From positions 12,462,001 through 12,526,000 of the forward strand of contig NC_042998.1 of assembly GCF_006345805.1 (NCBI RefSeq): 64,000 nucleotides of DNA. Reading direction: 5' to 3'. Source of the stretch: Octopus sinensis. Lineage: Eukaryota. Both the position numbers and the translations under genes were made by a program. Below are positions 29,134-43,100 of the stretch, piece after piece (positions within the stretch are counted from its first letter, which is position 1; every line of letters starts with the position of its first letter). A model generated the notes under the pieces. That model made no database searches. It was not told the origin of the DNA and saw only the letters and a program-made list of their open reading frames with translations.

Positions 29134-29222
29134 GTGTGTGTGTGTGTGTGTGTGTTGTGTGTGGTGTGTGTGTGTGTGTGTGTGTGTGCGTGCGTGTGTG
29201 TGCCTCTGTGTGTGTGTGTTTG

Positions 29223-29264
<42 letters not shown>

Positions 29265-30393
29265 CAAACACACATATATAGTCACTGGTTTATGTATATA
29301 CACACAATATCCTGCGACAGTGATTGTTAAAAAATGCATACATTTATTCGCATTACATAAGCAGGCTTATATTTACAAATATAAGATTAAATACTGAAAT
29401 ACGATGTTATTCAATAACAGATTTTAAATCTACTCTCTCTCTCCCATCTCTCTCTCTCTCTCTCTCTCACTGAAACATACACACAAACACACAAACGCAC
29501 TTATAAATGTATAATTTAAATGATATTGAGAGTTTGATAGTTATATATATGTACTTACAAACACATGCACAAATGAACATATCTCTTATCGGCCAGAGCG
29601 ACAAACGCAAATTTGCAACTTTAACGATAATTTTAATTCCAGTCCGGTGTCGCTAGCAACAAGAAAAAAGGTTGCTGGGAAATGGGACCAAAATATAACA
29701 AGAATGAACGAACAATAAATGGATAGACATGCATCATAAAAGTGGACATACGTGCATGAATACAAGATGGGATAATTAGTGAACGGCCGAGAGGACAAGG
29801 ACGAAATAAGTAAACAGAATACAGCGTTAGGACCGGACAGAGACGAAAGTCTGGATAATGCTCAGAGGAAATCCAAAAGGATTAAAACAGAAGCGCAACA
29901 GACAGCGAATCAGGCTTAAGTGGGAGTCCACAGAAAATACGACCGGTTGCTTCAGTGACCAGCTTGAAAATGAAAGAGAAAGAGAAAAACAGGATGACCA
30001 TGGGTCACGTGTAGGAAGGGGAAAAGTGGTAGAAGGTAGAGAGATATACATAGGATAGAGAAGAAGGAGGAGAAAGAGAGAGAGAGAATAGGAAGAGACA
30101 GGGGGAGAGAAAAAGGAGAAAGAAGAGGGAAAGGAAAAAGAAAAGGTAAAAAATGTCGCGCAAATATATCAAATCACTTACTGTAAATAAAGCCAAGGGC
30201 ACGTAGCGTTCCATTAATTGATAAGGCAGGAACATAATAAATGCACAAAACAGACGGAAAACAGACAGGGAAGGTCACCAACTCCTTATCAGTTATCGGC
30301 TGGAGCGTCAAACCTAATTTCCCGCCTTTGACGATAATATTGATTCCATTCCGGTGTGTGTGTGTATATAAGTTATAGGGTAGTTTCCTAACT

Positions 30394-30441
<48 letters not shown>

Positions 30442-31166
30442 TATTATATACACACACTTTTATATTGTCTAGTAGACCTGAAATCAAACTAGGAAAATTT
30501 TGAAACGTTGGTTCAATAAATTTGCAAATGTGTGGAATATTTTTTGTCTATATACATGCTTAATTCCTTTTAACGTTTTTAAAACCAGACAGGGCGAAAT
30601 ATTCTGAAATTCAATAATTATTAGATTTGTATTTTTGTTTTTTTTTGTTTTGTTTTTTGTATGAATTATTCTCTTTCCTATGCTAATGCAGTGGAAATAC
30701 CTCATTTATTAAGCATCAGAGTTGTTTTTAATGATCACACGTCTAATATCATAATCACATGGTAAATATATTCATGCCCAATATTTCAAAATATTTTAAG
30801 CGTTATTGGAATGTTAGAGGCGGTACGAATTTTCTACAGGTTTGGTTGGTACAAAGGAAACATCGAAAGGCAGACGGTTTGTAATCACTTTCTTGGGTCA
30901 TGAATAAATAGAAATGGATAAAAATAATGGCTCTATTGATACTATACGCCAAAATCCTGAGAATTCATTATTTATTACTTATAAAGTGAAATAGAGAATA
31001 ACTATTGCTTAACCATTTTCTCACACCGTCTCCAATGAAGGGATACATAAAATATCCCGGAAACAGCTGTAAGGCCTTCTATCTGTAAATGTTCTGAAAT
31101 CTTTCACAGACTTTGATTTTTATCCCATTCTGAAATTTTTTTTTATATATACACATGCTGAGGTTC

Positions 31167-31198
<32 letters not shown>

Positions 31199-31726
31199 TA
31201 TATATAATATATATATATATAGCTGACATCTTTCAATTTCTATCCGCTCACAAATCTTTGGCTGACCCGGGTTATAGTAGCTCAAAATCCAGGCAGAGAT
31301 ACCGAAAACGAAACAAAACAGTTGAGAAGCGATATAGTATATGCTTGCGCCTATACTATAATTTCACTTTTTTATTTATCTATTTATTTATCTATTTGTT
31401 TACTATTTATCTATCTATTTACGCATTACAGTTTTCTCTTTTGAGATGTTCGAACGTTCAACTACCTAACCTTGAAATGCAAGACGTTGTTTGTCGAGTA
31501 CATGTTTTCTATTTTCATGGCCAGCTCTTTCTACTTTTGATGTTCTTTCGGTATTCATTATTTTAGTATTCCTTAATTAAAATTATATCTCCAGGCAGAT
31601 AGACAGTTACACATTTAGTTTTCTTTTCCTGCGTTACTGATGTAATTTTGGTGTACATATATATAGGCAACGTGAAATAATTCTGATTTTAAGTGTCGAA
31701 ACCGGGAGAAAGATTCAACCTAGTTC

Positions 31727-31728
31727 TC

Positions 31729-31820
<92 letters not shown>
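31727..31820. repeat. (TATC)n array, 5' flank of the Tx1-like element
   Basis: Directly visible. Confidence 0.95.
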
Positions 31821-33100
31821 GACGACGATGAACAGGTGTGGTCGCCGTTTGTGAGGCACGCTTTCCAGCAGCTCGTCTCCATGACCGAACTGCAGTCGTG
31901 GATCAAAAAGAGGCCGAGGAAGGGCGATTGGCACCGCGAGTGTCGCGTTGCTCTCAAGCAACTCTGCCGTCCCGGGTCGACCTTGAGTGACTTCAACACA
32001 ACCAAAGCATTCTATAGGGGATTAGTGGAGGGGAGGTACGACGACGAGCTCGGGGCGAACCTGGACGTCGACGAGGAGTACCTGACCCGCCTGTTCAGGA
32101 CGACTTTCGGGCCAGGGCCCATGGACAACTTCAGAGATCCCTGGCCTGGCAGTGCTACCGAGAAGCGCTACCCGTTCGGGATAAGCTCTACAGACACGGC
32201 TCGAGAAACACGGGGCCGACCTGCCCAAGATGCGGTCAGAGCGACGAAACCGTTCTGCACGCACTCGTGCAGTGTCCAACAATTTCCGACCTGTGGGCTT
32301 ATGTCGAACAACTGCTGTCACGTGTGGGACGAGTCGGTTTATCAGCTGAGTCTATCGTCAATATTGTCGCGCCTCCTTCCTTCAAACGCGAAGGAAGAGC
32401 TATTTTCATCCTCCTTGTGGCTATGGCGAAAGAATGTATCTGGTGGACGCGTCTGAAAGGATTGGAGACAAACACTTTCCTCTCTGGTCAATCTCTCATC
32501 AACTTCTTCAAGTACCACTTAAAAGGAAAGTGAGAGTAGAGAGGCAAGTTTTGTCTAGCGAATGTTTCAAAAAAAGATGGGTGAATGTAGCAAGGATGGC
32601 ACGTATGAATGACGAAGTCACCTTGAGCATAATCCTATGAACCCAGAATTGAAAACAGAGGGTTACCCACTTGCAAACAAATGTGGTAACATATAACAAT
32701 ATTGACCAAGGTTACCGTGGTCTTTTTCGTAGGCTTTTCTTCCCACGGATAAACCTTACTTGCTTTCCCCTTTACACCATATATCATAACACTGTGATAC
32801 ACGATCCCTATTGATCGTTCTTTTTTTTCCTCTTCCCCTTTTTTCCCCTTTTTTCTTCTTTTTTCATTTCTCTTTCCTTTTGTTCCTTTTCCTTTTCTTT
32901 TTTTTAATTTTTATTCTTTTTATTTTATTCAATTTTTTTTTGTTTTTGTTCTTTTCTTCCCTTTTACGATCCTCTTGGTCGAAAACCTACGCCACCCCCT
33001 TTTTTTCTTTTGTTTTTTGTTCTCTTCATCCCCCAAAAGAAAAGCTCTACCTTGTAACTTGTCCCATCTGTGTGCAGCCCTGTGTGGCCAATAAAGAAAC
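31821..33100 (+). mobile_element. Tx1/L1-like LINE, 5'-truncated (zinc-finger C-terminus of ORF2 plus pyrimidine-rich 3' UTR)
   Basis: After a frameshift near 32130: QRSLAWQCYREALPVRDKLYRHGSRNTGPTCPRCGQSDETVLHALVQCPTISDLW, a CX2C..H..C motif of the zf-RVT type. Ends AATAAAGAAAC directly before (TATC)n. Confidence 0.8.
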
Positions 33101-33179
<79 letters not shown>

Positions 33180-33180
33180 C

Positions 33181-33250
<70 letters not shown>

Positions 33251-33251
<1 letters not shown>

Positions 33252-33310
33252 ACTATCTAACGTCAATATTGTCCCATCTGTGTGCAGCCCTGTGTGGCCA
33301 ATAAAGAAAC

Positions 33311-33377
<67 letters not shown>

Positions 33378-34144
33378 ACTATCTAACGTCAATATCTATC
33401 TAACTATCTATCGTCAATATTGTCACGCCTCCTTCCTTCAAACGGGAAGGAAGAGCTATTTTCATCCTCCTTGTGGCTATTGCGAAAGAATGTATCTGGT
33501 GGACGCGTCTGAAAGGATTGGAGACAAACACTTTCCTCTCTGGTCAATCTCTCATCAACTTCTTCAAGTACCACTTGAAAAGGAAAGTGAGAGTAGAGAG
33601 GCAAGTTTTGTCTAGTGAATGTTTTAAAAAAAGATGGGTGAATGTAGCAAGAATGGCACGTATGAATGACGAAGCCACCTTGAGCATGATCCTATGAACC
33701 CAGAAATTGAAAGCAGAGAGTTGCTTATTCGCAAAAAAAAAAAAAAAGAAATATAACATGTGACTCCATTGACCGAGGTTACCGTGGTCTTTTCCGTAGG
33801 CTTTTCTTTCCACGTGTAAACCTCACCTGTCCTCCCCTTACACTTCATATTGACATTTCTGTGATAACGATCCCTATTGATCAATTTTTTTTCCCTCTCC
33901 CCCTTTTTTTTTAACCCCCCTTTTTTTTGTCCTCTTTCTCTCCTTTTACGATCCCTTTTGATCGAAACTCCCCCTTCCTTTTTTTTTTAAACCTTCAAAA
34001 GAAAAGCTCTACCTTGTAATTTGTTCTATCTGTGTGCAGCCCTGTGTGGCTAATAAAGAAACATATCTATCTATCTATCTATCTAACTATCTAACGTCAA
34101 TATTGTCCCATCTGTGTGCAGCCCTGTGTGGCCAATAAAGAAAC

Positions 34145-34207
<63 letters not shown>

Positions 34208-34893
34208 ACTATCTAACGTCAATATCTATCTAACTATCTATCGTCAATATTGTCACGCCTCCTTCCTTCAAACGGGAAGGAAGAGCTATTTTCATCCTCC
34301 TTGTGGCTATTGCGAAAGAATGTATCTGGTGGACGCGTCTGAAAGGATTGGAGACAAACACTTTCCTCTCTGGTCAATCTCTCATCAACTTCTTCAAGTA
34401 CCACTTGAAAAGGAAAGTGAGAGTAGAGAGGCAAGTTTTGTCTAGTGAATGTTTTAAAAAAAGATGGGTGAATGTAGCAAGAATGGCACGTATGAATGAC
34501 GAAGCCACCTTGAGCATGATCCTATGAACCCAGAAATTGAAAGCAGAGAGTTGCTTATTCGCAAAAAAAAAAAAAAAGAAATATAACATGTGACTCCATT
34601 GACCGAGGTTACCGTGGTCTTTTCCGTAGGCTTTTCTTTCCACGTGTAAACCTCACCTGTCCTCCCCTTTACACTTCATATTGACATTTCTGTGATAACG
34701 ATCCCTATTGATCAATTTTTTTTCCCTCTCCCCCTTTTTTTTTAACCCCCCTTTTTTTTGTCCTCTTTCTCTCCTTTTACGATCCCTTTTGATCGAAACT
34801 CCCCCTTCCTTTTTTTTTTAAACCTTCAAAAGAAAAGCTCTACCTTGTAATTTGTTCTATCTGTGTGCAGCCCTGTGTGGCTAATAAAGAAAC
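33251..34893 (+). mobile_element. Two near-identical ~830-bp units, each a 60-bp mini derivative + (TATC)n + 5'-truncated Tx1-like copy (33411-34062, 34241-34893)
   Basis: Identical ORF translations at offset 830 (33473/34303). Units differ by one TATC unit and one T in the parts compared. Confidence 0.88.
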
Positions 34894-34894
34894 A

Positions 34895-34949
<55 letters not shown>

Positions 34950-34986
34950 TTATCTATCAATCAATCTATCTATCTCTGTCTATCTG

Positions 34987-35026
<40 letters not shown>

Positions 35027-35904
35027 ATCTATCTATCTATCTACGTATATCTATCTGCATACTTACACATGCATTCAGACATCTCTCTCGTCATCTCTGT
35101 CATCGTCGCCCTCCCTCTCTCCCCTTCCCCCTTCTTCTGGTCGTCGTCGTCCTCCTCCTACTACTACTACGATTATGCAAGTTGGGAGAGAGGTATGAGT
35201 AGCAATAGTATTAATGACATATTTTCTCAATCTGGTTACTGTGTTGCATAATTACATTTGTATTGATATAGCTGATCGAATTAACATAAAACTTTAACTA
35301 TAGGCGGTATTGGAAAACCAGAAGATACAGATATGGATGCAAATTACTAAGTCGTTTATATTAAAGTTCTATCGTTTCGGTCAGTTCAACAATCCATTAC
35401 AGATAATTACTAGCATATTCATTTCTAGAATTGACACAGACTACATATTCTGACTAAGAACATTTGAACAAATAAACAACACATATGTTAATGCTACTTG
35501 TTTTTAAAAAAACTGAATCATTAATGAAAAACTAGCAGCTAGATCGATTGAATTCATAAAATAAACATCACTTATCAGTATAGCATATTTAAATATGTGT
35601 TTAAATGAAAATTTAGACGCTGCCGCTTTCATGCAGGAAATGTCGCTTTATAGACGTATTGTGTTAAATAAAACGCAGTATACTTCTGAGTTAGACGAAA
35701 TGAAATCGCCTCAAAAATGACTGCGGGAGCAACAGACACGTATATCGGCGTTAAGATGCGTGCAAAAGGATTTTTTCCCAGACGAAAACCGCAGCCTATG
35801 TATTTTCAGCTTTTTGAATACGTAATGTTGTGTTGATAAAAGGTTTATACTATTGAGCTATTGTATGGAAACATTGACATCAAAGTTTGGCACAACGTCA
35901 GCAA

Positions 35905-36025
35905 GTCCAGGGGAGGAGCTAAGTCGTCTACAACGACCCCAGTGTTTGACTGGTACTTATTCTCTCAACCCCAAAATGATAAAAGGCAAAGTCGACCACC
36001 GGGGAATTTTGAGTAATACGGAAAT
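35905..36025 (-). mobile_element. Degenerate SINE family A fragment
   Basis: GACCCCAGTG..ACTGGTACTTA..AAAGGCAAAGTCGACC. Confidence 0.65.
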
Positions 36026-36184
36026 ATTTCATAGTGTTCTCAACTAATACTGACATCCATTACTCCATGCACACTTTATAATTTGAACAGAAAACCAAGT
36101 ATTTTGCGGAAATGTAGCTTGGAGATTTTATAAAAATCTATATATTCCCACCATAATAATGATGGTAGAAAATCTTTCATGCAT

Positions 36185-36536
36185 TTAACGGCGGCCATGC
36201 TGGAGCACCACCTTTATTCCAGCAATTCGACCCCGGGACTTAGTAAGCCTAGTACTTATTCTATCGGTCTCTTTGCCGAACGCTAAGTGACGGGGACACA
36301 AACACACCAGAATCGGTTGTCAAGCAATGCTAGGGGGACAAATACAGACACACAAACATACATACACACATATATATATACATATATACGACGGGCTTCT
36401 TTCAGTTTCCGTTTAACAAATCCACTCACAAAGATTTGCTCGGCTCGAGGCTATAGTAGAAGACACCTGCCCAAGATGCCACGCAGTGGGACTGAACCCG
36501 GAACCATGTGGTTGGTAAACAAGCTACTTACCACAC
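36185..36536 (-). mobile_element. SINE family B
   Basis: Matches 50307-50782 and 62608-63022. Confidence 0.88.
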
Positions 36537-37249
36537 ATATAAATAAATGGATTTCCTCCTGCGCCTATTGATGAGTTATATTCCTCATAGGCACAACTCA
36601 TGAAATTTTGGGAGGATATGTTAAATAATCAAATCTATCGCAGTAATTGAATGGCACGTACTTTTACTAACCTAGTATTGTCTAAGTGTAACTTAATTTC
36701 GACGGGCTTCGAAATCATAATGTAAAGGGCATAGACAAACGTCAAAAGGCATTTAGAACGGCACTCTAATATATCAACCAAACCGTGCATTCTGACTCGT
36801 AATTTCTTTACCTGCCTTCGAAAATATTTCTGATAAACTTTTGAAATTAATAAGTCGTTTCATTAATGCAAAGACTAACAAAATTCATGTGTTGTTTGCC
36901 TGATGTTATGTATACTACATTTGGCCACACAACCCGAAGGCCTTTTCCTGCGTATGATGGGATGGAAAACAGCTGTTTTCTTTTTTTCTGTTTATAAATT
37001 CGCATACAATATTTTTAATGGATGATTTCTATGACGGCAATTGCTTGTTTGATGAACCATGGGCATGTAATAACGCAATGCATGTATCTTATGTAATGCG
37101 TTTCAATAGAGTAAAAATATCAACACCTAAACAAACCACTATATATAGCTGAGCCCGATAGTGAACTGAAAACAAGCATTAAGACTGAGAATACTGAATA
37201 GTAATAATAATGATAATAATAATAATAATATTGATAATAATATTAATAC

Positions 37250-37820
37250 CAGGTAGTGGCTCTATGCCCTGATGTAGAACCAGGTAGTGGATCTTAAAGT
37301 ATCTGATCTTAACTGATTGGAAGTTTTATCCTGTACATTGTTTTGTCTTGGTATAAAAGATGGGCTACAACAAATATTCTGCTCAATACCACAGATTTGC
37401 TTGTCAGTTGTTTGACCTTAACCAGTTTGAGCATGTTACTTGGTTGCTGCCGACATGTGCATCTTTGATCATGAGCAGAAGCAGTGGGGGCAGCATCATA
37501 GCCATGTGTTGAGAAGAATTCTTTGGGGTTTCGATATTTCCCCTTTGGAAACATGGATGTTTTGTTCAACATCCTTACACAGCTCTTATTCAAGGATCTT
37601 TTGAGCGGGATGGGCTACTCAACCCGAAGGAATTTCTAACTGGGCCCCAACTGCAAGGTCATGCACTGTTTATCTTGATATGAGATCACCATATCGTGCA
37701 CATATGGTTGTGATGCATGTGCCTAGTTCATGCTTATCAGACGGGTAGTCATGATGGGTATACTGGGCTTCGTATATTTTACCCCACTGTCACTTTGATG
37801 CCATGCACTGCTCTCTCACT
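37250..37820 (+). mobile_element. Unclassified probable retroposon fragment bounded by (AAT)n on both sides
   Basis: Higher-complexity block between (AAT)n at 37198-37245 and 37821-38018. Single copy in the window; no protein motif recognised. Confidence 0.4.
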
Positions 37821-37821
37821 C

Positions 37822-37861
<40 letters not shown>

Positions 37862-37966
37862 GTAGTAATAATAATAGTAGTAATAGTAGTAGTAGTAGTA
37901 GTAGTAATAATAATAATAATAATAGTAGTAGTAGTAGTAGTAGTAGTAATAATAATAATAATAATG

Positions 37967-38018
<52 letters not shown>
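37821..38018. repeat. (AAT)n/(AGT)n compound trinucleotide array
   Basis: Directly visible; source of the poly-N/S and poly-I/T ORFs. Confidence 0.95.
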
Positions 38019-38195
38019 GAGAAGAGCGCCAGCCTTGACAGCGGCTGGACGTGTTCCTCACTGCTCTGACAGTTCGGTGGCTGAAAGCCATAGAAACACT
38101 AATATGGGCCAGTTTAGCAACGGGGAAAAATAACTCTCAAAGACTGGAACATCTACAATACCTCGTGAGTATTTGAAATTCTCTTCAAAGTGGGT

Positions 38196-39800
38196 TAAGA
38201 AATTTACAAATTTACATATCTGCAGCTTTCAAACATACATCCGATCGGCTTTAAAAACTTTAATACCCAGAACTGCCTCTGTAAGCACCCTTTTTTTTCT
38301 TCTCTCTAAAAACATCACGCTTTTCTTTTTGTGGACTTGCAAAACCCTAAAACTTTCTATGAAAATCTGACTTTTTTTTGCTTCCTCCCAGAATATTCAA
38401 ATATAAATGTAAACATATACTCTTTATTGCAAAACACACCTGTTCCTCTAACTGGACATACAAACATCTCTAGAGGGGTCAACTTCAACCTCCACAATAT
38501 TACCTTGCACGAAATATACAAACACTTTTTATTGCAATAACACAAACGCACATGGAAAAAATAATGATGCTAAGATTCTCTCTGGTCGAACACAGCTTCT
38601 CTATTCACAAATAATACAGAATAGCCCTTCAAAATAAGCACGAAATATACAAACATTTTTTATTGCAATAACACAAACGCACATGGAAAAAATAATGATG
38701 CTAAGATTCTCTCTGGTCGAACACAGCTTCTCTATTCACAAATAATACAGAACAGCCCTTCAAAATAAGTTAAGAAAATTTACGAATTTACATATCTACA
38801 GTTTTCAATCATACATTCGACCAGCTTTAAAAACTTTGATACCCACAATTGCTTCTGTAAACATCCTTTTTTTTTCTTCTCTCTAAAAATATCACGCTTT
38901 TCTTTTTGTGGACTTGCAAAACCCTAAAACTTTCTATGAAAATCTGACTTTTTTTTGCTTCCTCCCAGAATATTCAAATATAAATGTAAACATATACTCT
39001 TTATTGCAAAACACACCTGTTCCTCTAACTGGACATACAAACATCTCTAGAGGGGTCAACTTCAACCTCCACAATATTACCTTGCACGAAATATACAAAC
39101 ACTTTTTATTGCAATAACACAAACGCACATGGAAAAAATAATGATGCTAAGATTCTCTCTGGTCGAACACAGCTTCTCTATTCACAATAATACAGAATAG
39201 CCCTTCAAAATAAGCACGAAATATACAAACATTTTTTATTGCAATAACACAAACGCACATGGAAAAAATAATGATGCTAAGATTCTCTCTGGTCGAACAC
39301 AGCTTCTCTATTCACAAATAATACAGAACAGCCCTTCAAAATAAGTTAAGAAAATTTACGAATTTACATATCTACAGTTTTCAATCATACATTCGACCAG
39401 CTTTAAAAACTTTGATACCCACAATTGCTTCTGTAAACATCCTTTTTTTTTCTTCTCTCTAAAAATATCACGCTTTTCTTTTTTTTTTTGTGAACTTACA
39501 AAACCCTAAAACTTTCTATGAAAATCTGACTTTTCTTTGCTTCCTCCATGAATATTCAAATATAAATGTAAACATATACTTTTTATTGTAAAAACACACC
39601 TGTTCTTCTAACTGGACATACAAACATCTCTAGAAAAGTCAACTTCAACCTCCACAATATTACGTTACAGGAAATATACAAACACTTTTAATTGCAATAA
39701 CACAAACGCACGTGGAAAAAAATAAAAAAATGATGATGCTACGATTCTCTCTGGTCGAACACAACTTCTCTATTCACAAACAATACAGAACAGCCCTTCC
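38196..39800. repeat. Higher-order tandem repeat: about 2.8 x 577 bp with an internal ~131-bp duplication
   Basis: Identical ORFs at 38331 and 38908 (offset 577). Sub-repeat GCACGAAATATACAAAC starts at 38507/38638 and 39084/39214. Confidence 0.92.
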
Positions 39801-40123
39801 TTAATTTTTCTTAAGCCTAATAGTAGTAAACATCTGAACTTTTTTTGACCGATAGGACCGCACCTAAAGAAAAAAAAAAAAAAAAAAAAGACAGTCAGCC
39901 AGCCAACCACCAAGCCAGCCAACGAGACAGACAGACACTACTGTGATGGTGATAATGATAAAAAAACAAAAATAACAATAATAAGATACTGCTGTGACTA
40001 CACATAAAACAATATCATTGATGATGATGGTGGTGATGGTGATGGTGATGATGATAATGATGATGGTAATGGTGGTGATAATGATGATAGTGATGGTAAT
40101 GGTGATGATAATAACAATAATAA

Positions 40124-43100
40124 GCCGACTACGGCTGCTATAATGGTACGATTATAATTGTAACGGCAATGATGGCCGTCTCCCCACGAGCCAATCAGAG
40201 CTAAAAAATGATAACATTATCGTAGCACCAAAATGTTTTTGGAAACTAAAAGGAAAACTAAATCAGTATACCAAATCGCTTGTCCTATGGTTAATCTGGA
40301 AGCGCGTCCCCCAGGGAAGAGCCAGCCTGGGATCGAAAAGTCATCAACTGGCACAAACTCTTCTCCGAATACGGACATGGATGGTCACTTGAACGGGAAG
40401 TCCCCCAACTCAAGCCCTCCAAGTTCACCACCACAACCACCACAGAAAGAAAAATGTAAGCGGAACAAATGGACCCGAGAAGAGTATAAAGAAGTAATAT
40501 ACGCTTATTACTATGCATTAGGTAGGCCATCTCAAGAGAGACACACCGCAAACTCTTACAGTATATGGAGAACACGGAATCAAGACAGTAGGCCCTATTT
40601 GGACGAGAACAAATAAGCAAATGTGAGGAGGGATATCTTTAGAAATAACAGACTCACAGACAGTGAAATAAGCGCGATCAAGCACGCAACGGAAAATGAC
40701 ATAAATATAAGACACAAAGGAAATGAAGAATCAGATGAACAGTATAGCCCGCCACGAGGCTTAATTGAAAGACTGCCATCTGACCAAAGTACGCAAAGGC
40801 CTGAAGATACAAGAAATTCTATTGTACCTGTTAAAGATAGCCAGAAAAATGAAAAAACAACAGTAACTGAAGATCTCGCATTTGCTGAAGAACACAGAGA
40901 GTCTATAGCAGAAATAAGGCAGAAAATCCTGAATACGCTTGAAGTTGTAAGACATACAAGTATGAATGATAGAGAACCGCTTCATAAACTCTCAAATACA
41001 AACCAAAATAAAAAACAAATCCAAATTGGCAACTATGTAACAAATGAAATAATACGAGAATTAAAACCTGATTTTACTGAGTTAAATGAAATTATTTACG
41101 CTTCTGCTAGGGCAATTGAAACCAGCTGTATGCCCCCGAAAAAACAAAGAAAACAAAACCTGGGAAGAAATCAAACCTGGAGAAGTAAAATTGAAAAAGA
41201 GATTGAATTTATGAGAGGGGAAATATCAATATTAAAGGAACTAATATGTGGAAATGATGTAAGATCCAGAACAGGAAGAAAGATGAAGAGAAAATTTGGA
41301 TCTTCACCAAGAGAAGAACTGATATCAATAAAAGAAACGCTGAAACAAAAAGTCCAAGCAAAAGCCCAAAGAATACGAAGATTTGAGAAGAGAAACAAGT
41401 TTTACAAGCAAAATAAGCTGTTCACATCCAATGCCAAAAAATTCTACAGAGAAATAGGGAAGGAGAAAGTAACCGTTAAAGACCCCCCTCCCATGGAAGA
41501 AGTTCAAAACTTTTGGAAAAGGATTTGGAGTGACAAGAAGACGTACAACATAAATGCAGACTGGATTATACAAACTGAAGGATCCTACCAAAATTTACAA
41601 CAACAAGCATGGGAAGACATCACAATAGCAGACCTAAGAAAGGCACTCACGAAGGCCCATAATTGGAAATCCCCCGGTAAAGATAGGGTGCCGAATTTCT
41701 GGCTCGCATCGCTCCCGTGCGCACACGGTAAGCTAGTTCAGCTGCTCAATGGAATTATGAGAGACCCAAAGAAAACACCTGAATGGTTAGCAAGTGGCAC
41801 TACTTACCTACTCCCAAAGAATAACGAAACCAACCTTCCAAAAAACTATCGGCCTATAACCTGTCTATCCACCACGTATAAAATCCTAACATGTATCCTG
41901 GCGGAGAAAACATATGCATTCATGGAGAAGAACGATATTTTCCCCATTGAACAAAAAGGGTGCCGCCGAGGCTCTTACGGATGCAAAGATCAACTGCTAA
42001 TCAATCGTATGATCCTTGAGAACTGTCACAACAAGCGCAGAAATCTCAGCACCGCATGGATTGACTATAAAAAGGCCTTCGACAGTATACCGCATCCATG
42101 GATCTTGAGATCGCTGGACATCTTCAAAATTTCCCCTGTGATTTCAAACTTCCTGAAGCACAATACGTCGTTGTGGAATACGAATCTCCATTATACCACT
42201 CTAATGGAGTACTTGCCTCAGAAAATATAAACATCAACTGTGGAATTTTTCAAGGTGACTCACTTTCACCTTTAATATTCTGCATAGCCCTAATACCCCT
42301 TACAAGTGAATTAAACAGAACAGGGTATGGGTATAAAATTGCCAATAAAAAAATAAGCCATCTATTTTATATGGATGACTTAAAACTTTATGGTAAAGAC
42401 AATAATGAACTTGAAGGCCTATTGCGCACCGTGAAATCATTCAGCGATGACATCGGGATGGAGTTTGGACTTGAGAAGTGTGCCAAGGCCACTTTCCAGA
42501 AAGGGAAAGTGAAGACCACAAATTCAGTCGTGTTAGATGTTGACACAGTCATAAGAGAGCTTGAGCAAGAACAAACATACAAATATTAGGGATAAATGAA
42601 GGCTCTGGTATTCAGCATGCAAGCATGAAAGAGAAAATCAGGAAGGAATGTTATAGGAGAGTTCGTGCAGTCCTGAAATCTGAACTAAATGCACGTAACA
42701 AGGTGTTAGCTATAAATTCCCTAGCAGTTCCAGTTGTTACTTATAGCTACAATGTGTTGAACTGGAATATGAGTGAAGTAAAGAATATAGATAGAAAAAT
42801 ACGCAAGCTGCTGAGTTGTAATAGGATGCACCACCCAAAGGCAGACGTAGATCGCCTTTACCTTCCCAGAGCCCAAGGAGGTCGAGGCCTGATCCAATTT
42901 GAACTAGCTTACAAAACAACCACAATTGGACTGGCCAAATATCTCGAAATATCGAATGACTGGATGCTAAAGCTCGTGGAAAATCACGAGAGACGAAAGA
43001 AGCTTCATTCTATCATCAAGGAAAGCAAAAAATTTGCTATTGATCTCATGCAGAATACCCAAACTGAACAACCCGAGGGAAGTACGGCAACTATTGTTGC

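Noticed and set aside
38019-38130. Hairpins CCAGCC/GGCTGG and TGGC/GCCA after (AAT)n; tested as an HDV-like fold
   Set aside because: No consistent nested double pseudoknot.
40124-40232. Possible HDV-like ribozyme in the R4/Dong 5' UTR (CGT-CTCCCC-ACG could be P3/L3)
   Set aside because: I could not build P1 (only 4 bp) and P2 together with a catalytic C in J4/2. A descriptor search would be needed.
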